This document shows, in pieces, positions 38,297 to 48,363 of a stretch of DNA of 64,000 nt (position 1 is the first letter of the stretch; every line of letters begins with the position of its first letter). Source of the DNA: Hyphomicrobiales bacterium (lineage in GTDB: Bacteria > Bacteroidota > Bacteroidia > Bacteroidales > JBGRPZ01); NCBI GenBank assembly GCA_041725915.1, contig JBGRPZ010000001.1:2198-66197 (forward strand), written 5' to 3'. The position numbers and the translations under genes are program-made. Below the pieces are notes generated by a model. The model worked only from the letters and a program-made list of their open reading frames with translations, was not told where the DNA came from and ran no database searches.

Positions 38297-39688
38297 ATGG
38301 AAAGATACGATATTATCATTGTAGGAGCTGGTCCTGCAGGCATCTTCTGCGCTTATGAATTGATACAATCTAATCCTGATTTAAAGATATTAATGCTTGA
38401 AAAGGGCAAAAGTATCTATAAAAGAAAATGTCCAAAACATACCAATGGAGGCCGATGCGTAAATTGTCAACCTTGTGGTATTACTACAGGATGGGCTGGA
38501 GCAGGAGCTTATTCTGATGGTAAACTTTCACTTTCTCATGAGGTTGGTGGAACTCTACCAGAACATCTTGGAGTAGAAAAGACAATAGAGCTTATAAAAG
38601 CTACAGACGATGTATACTTGAAATTTGGTGCTGATAAAGATATCCATGGAGAGTTTTTCTCTGATGATATGAAAGCTATTCATAAAAAAGCTATTGAAGC
38701 TAATCTAAAGTTAGTTCATTGCCCTGTAAGACATCTTGGAACAGAAAAAGCTCAGGAACTTTACAGAAAGATCTATGATTATCTTATAGAAAGAAATGTA
38801 GAGGTATTATTCAATTCTCCTGTTTCAGAATTGATTATAGAAGATGATATTATTTTAGGTGTAAAAACAAAGAAAGAGACTTTTCTCAGTGACAAAACTG
38901 TTGTTGCTGTTGGCAGAGAGGGATCGGACTGGTTATTTAAACAATGTGGCACTAATCACATTCCTACAGAAACAGGGATTGTCGATATAGGAGTTAGAGT
39001 TGAATGTAGAAATGAAATCATGAAAGAAATCAATGATAATTTCTATGAAGCCAAACTTATTCATTACACAAAAACATTTGATGATAAAGTAAGAACTTTC
39101 TGCTCAAATCCGGGAGGTTTTGTATCATCAGAATATTATGACAACAATCTTGCAATTGTAAACGGTCATAGTTATAAAGACTTGAAAAGTGATAATACAA
39201 ACTTTGCTCTTTTAGTATCACAGAAATTCACTGAGCCTTTCAAAGCTCCTATTGAATATGGCAAGCATATCGCAAGGTTGGCAAACATGCTTACTCAAAA
39301 CAGGATTCTTGTACAACGTTTTGGAGACCTTCTCAGAGGAAGACGTACTACAGATAAAAGACTATATAGAAATAATATCATCCCTACTCTAAAGGATGCT
39401 ATCCCCGGAGACTTAAGCCTTGTGTTGCCACATCGTATTCTTACAGATATTAAAGAGATGTTGATTTCTTTGGATAAGATCACCCCTGGACTAGCTTCTG
39501 ATGAAACACTATTATATGGTGTAGAAGTAAAATTCTATTCTAATGTAATTAAAGTGAAGAAAGATTTTCAATCCAGTGCAATAAAGAACCTTTATTTAGG
39601 TGGTGATGGAGCAGGCATCACAAGAGGATTAATGCAGGCCTCTGTAAATGGTATTGTCGTTGCTAAAGAGATATTAAAAACAATATAA
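38297..39688 (+). CDS. NAD(FAD)-dependent oxidoreductase (COG2509-like)
   Basis: 463 aa. Rossmann dinucleotide motif DIIIVGAGPAGIF; C-terminal GGDGAGITRGLMQA. Confidence 0.8.
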   Translation: MERYDIIIVGAGPAGIFCAYELIQSNPDLKILMLEKGKSIYKRKCPKHTNGGRCVNCQPCGITTGWAGAGAYSDGKLSLSHEVGGTLPEHLGVEKTIELIKATDDVYLKFGADKDIHGEFFSDDMKAIHKKAIEANLKLVHCPVRHLGTEKAQELYRKIYDYLIERNVEVLFNSPVSELIIEDDIILGVKTKKETFLSDKTVVAVGREGSDWLFKQCGTNHIPTETGIVDIGVRVECRNEIMKEINDNFYEAKLIHYTKTFDDKVRTFCSNPGGFVSSEYYDNNLAIVNGHSYKDLKSDNTNFALLVSQKFTEPFKAPIEYGKHIARLANMLTQNRILVQRFGDLLRGRRTTDKRLYRNNIIPTLKDAIPGDLSLVLPHRILTDIKEMLISLDKITPGLASDETLLYGVEVKFYSNVIKVKKDFQSSAIKNLYLGGDGAGITRGLMQASVNGIVVAKEILKTI

Positions 39689-39700
39689 TCACATGTCATG

Positions 39701-39731
39701 GCCATCCTTTAGTGGATGGCCTTTTCTTTTT
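39701..39731 (+). terminator. Rho-independent terminator
   Basis: GGCCATCC-TTTAGT-GGATGGCC followed by TTTTCTTTT. Confidence 0.8.
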
Positions 39732-39831
39732 ATCTTTTTATTCCAAAAAAAATCTAATATTCTTTCCCTTATAATTATTCCAAAAAAACAACATTACTAT
39801 AATAAATAATGATTTATTATATTTTTGCATT

Positions 39832-40605
39832 ATGATGTTGATTGACACACATACACATTTATACGTTAGGGATTATAATAATGATAGGGATGAAGTAGTA
39901 AATAATGCAATTGATAATGGGGTCAATTATTTATTACTACCAAATATAGATAGTAAATCTATTAAGCCTCTGAAAGAATTATGTAAAGAATATCCCAAGA
40001 ACTGCTTTCCTATGATGGGCTTACACCCTACTTCTGTAAAAGCAAATTATAAGGCTGATTTAAAAACTGTGCAGGATGAGCTTGAAGCAGAAAACAATTA
40101 TATTGCTGTTGGAGAAATTGGTATAGATTTATATTGGGATAAAACATTTTTCAAAGAACAAGAGGAAGCTTTATTATTTCAATTTGAACTGGCAATAAAC
40201 CATAACCTACCAGTAGTTATACACTCAAGAGAATCTTTCCCTGAGATATTCAAGATAATTGAGAAGTTCAACAACCCAAATCTTAATGGTGTTTTTCATT
40301 GCTTTTCCGGGACTTTGGAAGATGCAAAACACATTACAGACTTAGGATTTAAGCTGGGCATTGGGGGTGTTGTTACATTCAAAAAAGCAGGCTTAGATCA
40401 AGTTGTAAAAGATATTGATCTAAAACATATAGTTTTAGAAACTGATTCTCCTTATCTTACACCAGCTCCTTATAGAGGAAAAAGAAATCAAAGTGCATAT
40501 ATAAAATATATAGCTGAAGAAATTGCAATAGTAAAGGATATCGACATTAATGAAGTCGCTAAAATAACCTCTGCTAATGCAATAGATATATTTAAACTAA
40601 ACTAA
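39832..40605 (+). CDS. TatD-family metal-dependent hydrolase/DNase
   Basis: 257 aa. IDTHTHLY metal-binding motif, GEIGIDLYW, VIHSR, ETDSPYL. Confidence 0.9.
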   Translation: MMLIDTHTHLYVRDYNNDRDEVVNNAIDNGVNYLLLPNIDSKSIKPLKELCKEYPKNCFPMMGLHPTSVKANYKADLKTVQDELEAENNYIAVGEIGIDLYWDKTFFKEQEEALLFQFELAINHNLPVVIHSRESFPEIFKIIEKFNNPNLNGVFHCFSGTLEDAKHITDLGFKLGIGGVVTFKKAGLDQVVKDIDLKHIVLETDSPYLTPAPYRGKRNQSAYIKYIAEEIAIVKDIDINEVAKITSANAIDIFKLN

Positions 40606-40634
40606 GGGACATAGTATTTTCAAAGCTAAATCTC

Positions 40635-41663
40635 ATGAAAGAAAAAACCCGAATCCTCGTAATATATACAGGAGGAACTATTGGTATGATGGCTTGTCCA
40701 AAGTCAGGAGCTCTCAAGCCTTTCAACTTTGAATTAATGTATGAGAAGCTTCCTATGTTGAAAAGATTCTCACATGAGATAGATTTTTACTCTTTCGACC
40801 CTCTGATTGATTCTTCAGATATGAAGCCCTCTTTCTGGACTAAACTAGCTGAAGTTATAGAGGTGAATTATGATAATGTCGATGGTTTTGTTATCCTGCA
40901 CGGGTCAGATACAATGGCTTACACAGCTTCCGCTTTAAGCTTTATGCTTGAAGGGCTAAACAAGCCTGTGATACTAACTGGTTCGCAACTCCCCATTGAT
41001 GCAATAAGAACTGATGGAAGAGAAAATTTCCTTACTGCTATTGAAATAGCAGCAAGCTTTGATGGAGATAAACCGATGGTTCCTGAAGTTTGTGTTTACT
41101 TTGAAAGCCAACTTTTACGTGGTAACAGAACAACAAAGCTTAATGCAGAAAATTTCAATGCATTTTATTCTGGCAACTATCCAGCTTTAGCTGAGGCGGG
41201 AATACATATAAAATACAGAATAGACGCTATTCGCACACCTAATGATGATAAGCTGATAGTTCACAAAAACTTTGATTCTGGAGTTGGATTGCTTAAGCTA
41301 TATCCAGGTATTTCAAAAGATCTGGTAAAAAGTGTTTTGAATACTCCTAATCAAAAGGCTCTTATTCTTGAAACTTTTGGCTCTGGGAATGCTCCTACAG
41401 AAAAATGGTTCATAGATTTATTAGAAGAGGCTGTTCAAAAAGGATTACTAATATTTAATATAACACAATGTAAAGCTGGTGCCGTTCAAATTGGAAAATA
41501 TGCTGCTAGTGTTGATCTTGGCCGAGTTGGGCTCATTGGTGGTGGAGATATAACTACTGAAAGTGCAATAACAAAGTTGATGTATCTTCTCTCATTGAAA
41601 CTTAAGCCGGAAGAAATTATTCAACTATTTCAGCAATCATTAAGAGGAGAGATTTCTTCATGA
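40635..41663 (+). CDS. ansA: Type I L-asparaginase
   Basis: 342 aa. YTGGTIGM catalytic Thr motif and HGSDTMAYTASAL. Confidence 0.9.
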   Translation: MKEKTRILVIYTGGTIGMMACPKSGALKPFNFELMYEKLPMLKRFSHEIDFYSFDPLIDSSDMKPSFWTKLAEVIEVNYDNVDGFVILHGSDTMAYTASALSFMLEGLNKPVILTGSQLPIDAIRTDGRENFLTAIEIAASFDGDKPMVPEVCVYFESQLLRGNRTTKLNAENFNAFYSGNYPALAEAGIHIKYRIDAIRTPNDDKLIVHKNFDSGVGLLKLYPGISKDLVKSVLNTPNQKALILETFGSGNAPTEKWFIDLLEEAVQKGLLIFNITQCKAGAVQIGKYAASVDLGRVGLIGGGDITTESAITKLMYLLSLKLKPEEIIQLFQQSLRGEISS

Positions 41664-41951
41664 TGAAATTTTTTCTAAATTTGAGGCCTGAACAATAGAG
41701 GGTTTACTACCAAAGGCGAGTCTATTAATGTATAATTCAACACAATACAGAGATGTTTTTTTCTGTTATTATGGGAGTTATTTTTATTAGGGGAAAGAAC
41801 TAATTTACAAATCTTGCTTTTGGCTGGCAAAAAAAGAAGAATTACTTATATTTGCTTAATTTCTTAAAAGAAAGACAGGTAAACCCAGGCAAGTAATAAA
41901 ATCAAGTTAAATAACAAACATTTACTTATTCAAAATCAATAAAGGTTAACT

Positions 41952-42803
41952 ATGAAAAGATTAATTGCTTTTTTAACGATAGCAGGAATGCTAACTTTTG
42001 GAGCTACTAACCTTGTTCTAGCACAAGATCAAGACTCTACAGCTTCTGTTGAAGTAACAGAAACTATCCAGGAACAAAGCGCACCTGAAGATACTACAGC
42101 TGCAGTAGATGTTGCTAAAGATATAGCTGCAACAGAAGCAGGAGTTGCAGAAAAAGCTGGCGAAGAAAAACAATCTTTCCACGAAGTCATTAAAGATCAA
42201 TTTATCGATGGTACTCCTGAATTCATGGGTGTTGTATTGATCGCATTAATTCTAGGTCTTGCTATTTGTATTGAAAGAATTATTTATCTTAACCTTTCTA
42301 CTACAAATACAAAGAAACTTCTTAACAAAGTTGAAGCTGCTCTTCAGTCTGGTAAAGGTATTGAAGCTGCTAAAGAAGTTTGTAGAAATACAAGAGGTCC
42401 AGTTGCAAGTATTTTTGTTCAAGGTTTAGATCGTTATGAAAATGGTCTTGAAGACGTCGAAAAATCTATCGTTTCATATGGTGGAGTATTAACAGGTCGT
42501 CTTGAAAGTGGTATTAGTTGGATTTCTCTATTTATCGCTCTTGCTCCTATGCTTGGTTTCATGGGTACAGTAATTGGTATGATTAGTGCATTCGATAATA
42601 TTGCTGCTGCTGGTGATATTTCTCCAACCGTTGTTGCTTCTGGTATTAAGGTAGCACTTCTTACTACTGTATTCGGTCTTATCGTTGCTATTATTTTGCA
42701 GATCTTCTATAATTATATCGTATCTAAGATTGATAGCTTAGTAAACGAAATGGAAGATAGCACAATTACATTCATCGATATCCTTAACGAATACAAAAAG
42801 TAA
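41952..42803 (+). CDS. exbB: MotA/TolQ/ExbB proton-channel family protein
   Basis: 283 aa with a signal peptide and an acidic N-terminal extension. TM core includes LAPMLGFMGTVIGMI. Confidence 0.9.
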   Translation: MKRLIAFLTIAGMLTFGATNLVLAQDQDSTASVEVTETIQEQSAPEDTTAAVDVAKDIAATEAGVAEKAGEEKQSFHEVIKDQFIDGTPEFMGVVLIALILGLAICIERIIYLNLSTTNTKKLLNKVEAALQSGKGIEAAKEVCRNTRGPVASIFVQGLDRYENGLEDVEKSIVSYGGVLTGRLESGISWISLFIALAPMLGFMGTVIGMISAFDNIAAAGDISPTVVASGIKVALLTTVFGLIVAIILQIFYNYIVSKIDSLVNEMEDSTITFIDILNEYKK

Positions 42804-42810
42804 TTAAAAT

Positions 42811-43248
42811 ATGAAGGACAATATTTCAAAATATATAAAGTGGTTTTTATATCTCCTACTTATATTTTCTTTTGGATTGGGGATATACTATCTTCTAGGA
42901 ACTGACTTAGATGATAGAAGCAACTCAATATATGACGTAATACTGTGGTATAGTTATATATTGATACTAGTGACAGCTGCTATAGCAATCATTGCTCCTG
43001 CAATTAATCTTATTTTCAACCCTAAAGGGGCCGTTAATATACTTATTGCAGTTCTTATAATGGTAATAATTTGGTTTATTTCATACGGACTTGCTTCTGA
43101 TGCATTAACAATCAAACAATCAGTAGAATTAGGCATTACAGCAGGCACTAGTAAGATTGTAGGTGCTGGTTTATATTTCACATACATCACTTTAGGCTTA
43201 GCAGTTCTTTCTATTATTGGTACTAGTGTAATTAGAATCTTTAAATAA
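42811..43248 (+). CDS. Hypothetical 4-TM membrane protein embedded in the exb cluster
   Basis: 145 aa with four hydrophobic segments. It lies 7 nt after exbB and 6 nt before exbD. Confidence 0.5.
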   Translation: MKDNISKYIKWFLYLLLIFSFGLGIYYLLGTDLDDRSNSIYDVILWYSYILILVTAAIAIIAPAINLIFNPKGAVNILIAVLIMVIIWFISYGLASDALTIKQSVELGITAGTSKIVGAGLYFTYITLGLAVLSIIGTSVIRIFK

Positions 43249-43254
43249 TCTGCT

Positions 43255-43830
43255 ATGGCTAGAAGAGGAACACCGGAAATAAACGCAGGTTCTATGGCGG
43301 ATATCGCTTTCTTGCTACTGGTCTTCTTCCTGGTTACTACAACCATGGACGTTGATACTGGTCTCATAAGAAGGCTTCCTCCTCCTCCTGAGAAAGATCA
43401 GAAAGATATAGATATCAAAGAGAGAAACATCTTAAAGATTCTTGTTAATAGTCATGACAAGATTCAGTTAGATGGTAAAGGTATTGATATCTCAATGCTA
43501 CGTGCTGAAGCTAAGGACTTCTTCAGACCTCATCCAGGTGATGAATCTAAACCTGAAGTTAAAACTGAAGTAATTGGACCATTGGGAGAAATTTACACAT
43601 CTAAGGGAGTTATATCTTTGAAGAATGCGCGCGGTACTTCATATAATATGTATATTTCTATACAAAATGAATTGGCTGCAGCTGTAAATGAACTTAGGGA
43701 TGAGCTATCAAGATCTAAATTTGGAAAAAGCTATGCTGACTTAACTGATGAAGATCAAATTAAGGCAGTTAACAAAGCTTATCCTATGAAGATCTCCGAA
43801 GCTGAACCAGAAACGATAGGAGGTAACTAG
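43255..43830 (+). CDS. exbD: ExbD/TolR biopolymer transport protein
   Basis: 191 aa. N-terminal INAGSMADIAFLLLVFFLVTT, typical of the ExbD TM. Confidence 0.85.
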   Translation: MARRGTPEINAGSMADIAFLLLVFFLVTTTMDVDTGLIRRLPPPPEKDQKDIDIKERNILKILVNSHDKIQLDGKGIDISMLRAEAKDFFRPHPGDESKPEVKTEVIGPLGEIYTSKGVISLKNARGTSYNMYISIQNELAAAVNELRDELSRSKFGKSYADLTDEDQIKAVNKAYPMKISEAEPETIGGN

Positions 43831-43831
43831 T

Positions 43832-44299
43832 ATGTCTAGATTTAAGAAGAAAAAAGATGGCGGTCAACCAGCCATTAATACTTCAGCTCTTCCTGATATT
43901 ATCTTTATGTTGTTATTCTTTTTCATGGTAACTACAGTTATGCGTGAAGTAACACTTAAAGTTAGAATCAAAGCTCCTGAAGCTACAGAAGTTCAGAAGC
44001 TAGAGAGAAAGTCGCTTGTATCTTATATCTACATTGGCCCTCCTACTCAGAAGGCACTTGGAACTGAGGATCGTATTCAATTGAATGATCAATTCTCTGA
44101 GGTTAAAGATATAACTGAATTTATATCCAGAGAGAGACAAGCAAGAGATGAAGCTGATCGTAAACTTTTAACAACATCTTTAAAAGTAAATAGTGATACT
44201 AAGATGGGTGTTGTTACTGATATAAAACAAGAGTTACGTAAAGTAAATGCTCTGAAGATAAACTATTCAACAAGAAAAAAAGTTGAAAAGAAAAAATAA
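43832..44299 (+). CDS. exbD: ExbD/TolR biopolymer transport protein (second copy)
   Basis: 155 aa. INTSALPDIIFMLLFFFMVTT; starts 1 nt after the previous stop. Confidence 0.85.
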   Translation: MSRFKKKKDGGQPAINTSALPDIIFMLLFFFMVTTVMREVTLKVRIKAPEATEVQKLERKSLVSYIYIGPPTQKALGTEDRIQLNDQFSEVKDITEFISRERQARDEADRKLLTTSLKVNSDTKMGVVTDIKQELRKVNALKINYSTRKKVEKKK

Positions 44300-44312
44300 C
44301 TTCAATAAAAAA

Positions 44313-44337
44313 GCCAGCAGTACTGCTGGCTTTTTTT
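44313..44337 (+). terminator. Rho-independent terminator
   Basis: GCCAGCAG/CTGCTGGC hairpin followed by a T7 run. Confidence 0.85.
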
Positions 44338-44415
44338 ATTTCTATTAACTATTCCTCTCATTATACATTAGTTCTATTTCAATATTTGTATTTTTGCGGC
44401 AAATATGATTTAGAC

Positions 44416-45342
44416 ATGAAAAGACTAATACCCCCTTTACTACAAAGCAGATCTGCATTCACTCAATTAATTGCATTTATCATAATTGCATTAATTAGCT
44501 TAATTCTCCTTTCATCATTAGGAACTGTAATATCAATTGCCATTTGGGGAAATGATAGCTTATCACTCTTAGCTATTGGAGAAAACTTTAAACCTGGACA
44601 AAGAAGTCTTTTACTATACTTTCAAGTTGTACAACAAATAGGATTATTTCTTATCCCTCCTTTTGTAATTGCATTTTTGATAAGTTATAATATCAAGAAA
44701 TATCTATATCTAAGCACTCCTCCAAGGGCACAAAGCATCATTCTTGGTATAGTGTCTATTTTGGTAGCATTACCATTCATCAACTATCTAAGTGAAATCA
44801 ATCAGAGCCTTCATCTACCCGCGTCTTTATCAGGCATAGAAGATTGGATGAGAAGCAAAGAAACTGAAGCAACCAGAATAAGTAACTTATTCTTGAATGT
44901 AAAAGGTATAGGCCTCTTGACAGCAAATATCATTGTTATTGCCATAATTCCAGGAATAGGTGAAGAATTATTATTCAGAGGAACATTACTACCTCTATTA
45001 CAGAAAATAATCAAGAATAAACACCTTGCTGTATGGATAACAGCAATCTTATTTAGTGCATTGCATTTTCAGTTTTTCGGATTCTTACCTAGAATGATAC
45101 TTGGTGCTTTGTTAGGTTACTTATTCATATGGAGTGGCAGTGTTTGGCTACCCGCTATTGTACATTTTTTCAACAATGCTTTAGCTGTAATTACAGTATA
45201 TTATTTTAGTAGCCAAGGAAAATCAATTAGTATAGATGAAGTTGGTGGAGAAGCCAATATCTATGCATCAATAGTAAGCCTTCTTATATTGATCGGAGTT
45301 CTGTATATAATACATAGAATAGAAAAGCTAAAAACTATATAA
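44416..45342 (+). CDS. CPBP-family (CAAX-type) intramembrane glutamic endopeptidase
   Basis: The track ORF starts at a TTG (44386); the ATG at 44416 gives MKRLIPP. Motifs EELLFRG, FSALHF and HFFNN are present. Confidence 0.85.
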   Translation: MKRLIPPLLQSRSAFTQLIAFIIIALISLILLSSLGTVISIAIWGNDSLSLLAIGENFKPGQRSLLLYFQVVQQIGLFLIPPFVIAFLISYNIKKYLYLSTPPRAQSIILGIVSILVALPFINYLSEINQSLHLPASLSGIEDWMRSKETEATRISNLFLNVKGIGLLTANIIVIAIIPGIGEELLFRGTLLPLLQKIIKNKHLAVWITAILFSALHFQFFGFLPRMILGALLGYLFIWSGSVWLPAIVHFFNNALAVITVYYFSSQGKSISIDEVGGEANIYASIVSLLILIGVLYIIHRIEKLKTI

Positions 45343-45355
45343 TTATCATTCACCA

Positions 45356-46321
45356 ATGATAAAAGATTCATTGAATATAAAGGGAAGACCTGCAATTATT
45401 CTTGCCCCTATGGAAGGAATTACAGATCTTCCTTTTCGTATACTATGTATAGAATTGGGTGCTGACCTTGTATATACTGAGTTTATTTCTGCCAGAAATC
45501 TAGTTTCTCAAACAAAAGAGGCATTAAGGAAAATAAGAATACTAAAAGAACACCAATCTACAACTGTAATTCAACTTTATGGTAACTCTCCTGAGCTACT
45601 GGCTGAAGCTGCTGTAATAGCTGAGCAAAGGCATCCTACATATATCGACCTTAATTTTGGATGTTCTACAAGGAAAGTCACAGGCAGTAACTGTGGTTCT
45701 GCCGTCATCAAAGACCTAAACCAATCATTAGCTATATGTACTGAAGTAGTAAATAAAACCCAACTCCCTATAACTGTAAAAACCCGATTAGGCTATTATG
45801 ATGATCAACCCAACTATATAGAACACGCCTTGATGCTACAGGACACAGGCATTCAGGCTTTCTGCCTCCATGGGAGATTCAAGAACCAGAAGTATGATGT
45901 CCCTGCCGACTGGAAAGCCATAAGGAAGTTGAAAGAACATAATGATATTCGTATCCCCATCATTGGAAATGGAGATTTAAACTCTGCTGAAATTACAAGG
46001 CAACAGCATAAAGAGACCTCAGTTGATGCATTAATGATAGGTCGTGCAAGCTTAGGGAATCCATGGATATTTCGTCAATGTATTCAGGCTTTCAATGGTG
46101 AAGAAGTACAACAGCCCACAATTGAAGAAAGAAAGGCAACTGCAAAACGTCATCTTGAATTGAATCTATTATACAAGGACAATGAAGATATAGCATTAAG
46201 GGAGATCAGAAAACATTACACAAACTACTTCAACACGCTTCCTGATTTCCCAAAACTGAAAAAACAACTTATGACATCTTCTAATGCATCAGAGGTCTTT
46301 CAAATTATTGATTCTTTATAA
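45356..46321 (+). CDS. dusB: tRNA-dihydrouridine synthase
   Basis: 321 aa. LAPMEGITDLPFR, IDLNFGC, and a TIM-barrel pattern with VKTRLG. Confidence 0.85.
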   Translation: MIKDSLNIKGRPAIILAPMEGITDLPFRILCIELGADLVYTEFISARNLVSQTKEALRKIRILKEHQSTTVIQLYGNSPELLAEAAVIAEQRHPTYIDLNFGCSTRKVTGSNCGSAVIKDLNQSLAICTEVVNKTQLPITVKTRLGYYDDQPNYIEHALMLQDTGIQAFCLHGRFKNQKYDVPADWKAIRKLKEHNDIRIPIIGNGDLNSAEITRQQHKETSVDALMIGRASLGNPWIFRQCIQAFNGEEVQQPTIEERKATAKRHLELNLLYKDNEDIALREIRKHYTNYFNTLPDFPKLKKQLMTSSNASEVFQIIDSL

Positions 46322-46978
46322 GAACTTAACATCTTCCTCCAATTGACCTTGATGGAAGACTTTTCTTATATCCATTCCTTTGCCCAAGTCAAGATGTAAT
46401 GCTTTCATACCTACACTTGCAGCAGCTCGACAGTTATCAAGATTATCATCAATAAACAAGACTTCTTCGGCTTTGGCATCAAGTGTATATAATGCATATT
46501 CAAAGATCTCTGGATTTGGCTTTGAAAGATGTAAACGATAAGAGAAAAAAGTCTCTTGAAACAACTCTTCAAAAGTATTGAACTTACTTACTTCCTTAAA
46601 TCTTTCTATATACTCATCATAATGTATCTTGTTTGTGTTGCTCAAAAGATGAATACCATAATGCGCCTTACAATCTTTCAATACATCTATACGCTCTGAT
46701 GGCATATCTCCCAGCATAGCATTCCATGCATCAACGATAATTTCATCTGAAACCTCTGTTTTCAAAACTTCTTTTATACGTCTCTTGTATTCTTTTGGTG
46801 TTATCACCCCTCTTTCTAACTTATCGAAGATGTTTTTTGCACTCTTTTCCTCTGCAAATACCTTTGCTTCTGAATAACCTCTATCAATAAAGTACTGGAC
46901 TGATAACCTAGGATTTACATCTATAATCACACCTCCAAGGTCAAATATGATATCTTTGATTCTTGCTGTATCACTCAT
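46316..46978 (-). CDS. HAD-superfamily hydrolase (subfamily IA-like)
   Basis: The start is taken at ATG 46978 (MSDTARIKDIIFDLGGVI, motif I DxG). LSNTN motif II region and FIDDN motif IV. It converges on dusB with a 6-nt overlap. Confidence 0.8.
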   Translation of the reverse strand: MSDTARIKDIIFDLGGVIIDVNPRLSVQYFIDRGYSEAKVFAEEKSAKNIFDKLERGVITPKEYKRRIKEVLKTEVSDEIIVDAWNAMLGDMPSERIDVLKDCKAHYGIHLLSNTNKIHYDEYIERFKEVSKFNTFEELFQETFFSYRLHLSKPNPEIFEYALYTLDAKAEEVLFIDDNLDNCRAAASVGMKALHLDLGKGMDIRKVFHQGQLEEDVKFL

Positions 46979-47004
46979 TTTTTTTGATTTTTTTTCACTA
47001 AAAG

Positions 47005-47035
47005 TTTGCAAGTTCAATACATTTACTTAAATTTG
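47005..47035 (+). promoter_or_regulatory. Consensus Bacteroidota promoter TTTG-N19-TAAATTTG for the tRNA
   Basis: -33 TTTG at 47005-47008; -7 box at 47028-47035, about 37 nt before the mature tRNA 5' end. Confidence 0.5.
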
Positions 47036-47071
47036 CAACGCTTTTGAAGGGAAACTTCAATAAGTTTTCCG

Positions 47072-47145
47072 GGGCCTATAGCTCAGTTGGTTAGAGCACC
47101 TGACTCATAATCAGGTGGTCCCTGGTTCGAGTCCAGGTGGGCCCA
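47072..47145 (+). tRNA. tRNA with CAU anticodon (elongator Met or lysidine-modified Ile2)
   Basis: 74 nt. Acceptor GGGCCTA/TGGGCCC, D-arm GCTCAGTTGGTTAGAGC, anticodon loop CTCATAA (CAT at 47106-47108), T-arm CTGGTTCGAGTCCAG. No CCA is encoded. Confidence 0.9.
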
Positions 47146-47152
47146 CTCGATA

Positions 47153-47182
47153 AACGATCATCAATACGATGGTCGTTTTTTT
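47153..47182 (+). terminator. Rho-independent terminator after the tRNA
   Basis: AACGATCATC-AATAC-GATGGTCGTT hairpin (one wobble) followed by a T-run. Confidence 0.7.
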
Positions 47183-47323
47183 ATGTCTTATCTTAAGTGC
47201 TTAAGCACGAACAATCTGAACAATCCTCTTCCTTGAAGAATAGAAATCTAATCATGTATCTATAGAACTTCATAAAAGCACAAGATCTTATAAATACTTT
47301 GAACAGTGAAAACAGACAAACCA

Positions 47324-48214
47324 TCACTCCATATCTATCAGCTCATACCTTAATATAAACTTTTTACCATCATAGTAGTCTATGCAATTATCATGGAATA
47401 CAAACCTATATCCAATTCCTGTTTTATCATAAACCAAAAGTTCATTATCTGAATGTATTATACTCCAATAGCGGCGTTCATCATTAAAGTATTTCTTATA
47501 CACTTCTATACATCGTCCTCCATCAGAATAAACAAGAGATATATCCCATGATAGCTCAACAGTATCATTCCTCATTTTGCATTTCATGAGTCTTTTGAAC
47601 TTTCTATCTAAAACTATATAGCTACTATCTGCCTGCTTCTTTATAGTCTTTAATGTTCTACGTCTATTTCTCCACTCAAATAAGGAGTCCCCAAATCTGT
47701 AATAGTTATCAGGTTTTTTATGTCTAAGTGCATTATATATTGCTATCTCTTCATTTTTCCTCTGAATATGGTATCGGTATTTCAACCTTTTTTTGTTCGC
47801 TCTTGTATACTGTAAGCTATCATTTCTATAGATATAATCTGCTGCTCGTCCTATCCTTGTTGTGTCATCAGTTATTCTAATAATGAAATCTCTATCTTCT
47901 AGACCAAAAAGATCTGTAACGCATAGGGAAAGATTCCTTCTTAAGTCAAAAAACAGCCCATTACCAAGATAAAAACCTATAGAATGATAGGGCATATCTT
48001 TCGTCACTGTCTCTTCCTCTTCCATCAATATATTCTTTTCTCTTTTGATTTGAGTTTGTCTTATAAGATCAAAACGAAGTTTTGTAAGTTCGAGGTCTGG
48101 CTTTAATTCCAAAGGATCAAAGTCAGTTCTTTCTACCTTATCTATATTATCAAGGTAACAGTAACTACAGGAAGAGCAAAATAAAATCATTAATACAATG
48201 TATATATACCTCAT
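47324..48214 (-). CDS. Hypothetical lipoprotein, tandem paralog B
   Basis: 296 aa. Lipobox-like signal MILFCSSCS. Alignable end to end with 48364-49251. Shared blocks: GNGLF.DL, DLFGL, DYIYRND.L, NDTV.L and LVYS, plus C-terminal ID.Y.GK.F..RY.LI. Confidence 0.7.
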   Translation of the reverse strand: MRYIYIVLMILFCSSCSYCYLDNIDKVERTDFDPLELKPDLELTKLRFDLIRQTQIKREKNILMEEEETVTKDMPYHSIGFYLGNGLFFDLRRNLSLCVTDLFGLEDRDFIIRITDDTTRIGRAADYIYRNDSLQYTRANKKRLKYRYHIQRKNEEIAIYNALRHKKPDNYYRFGDSLFEWRNRRRTLKTIKKQADSSYIVLDRKFKRLMKCKMRNDTVELSWDISLVYSDGGRCIEVYKKYFNDERRYWSIIHSDNELLVYDKTGIGYRFVFHDNCIDYYDGKKFILRYELIDME

Positions 48215-48310
48215 ATGATATCAGTTTTTAGTTGTAAAAAACAGTCACTTTACAAGACATAGGCCACAATAATCAATCCATAACCATCTACTTCATACCC
48301 TATTAAACAC

Positions 48311-48335
48311 AAAAACCCGGACTTATAATCCGGGC
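48311..48335 (-). terminator. Rho-independent terminator between the two paralogs
   Basis: CCCGGA-CTTATAA-TCCGGG hairpin followed on the minus strand by TTTTT. Confidence 0.7.
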
Positions 48336-48363
48336 ATATATATAAATATAATCAACATGTAGG

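Noticed and set aside
39820-39835. Leaderless tatD mRNA, suggested by a TATTTTTG box 4 nt before the ATG
   Set aside because: There is no matching -33 TTTG at the expected 19-21 nt spacing. TAnnTTTG-like strings are frequent by chance in this AT-rich DNA.
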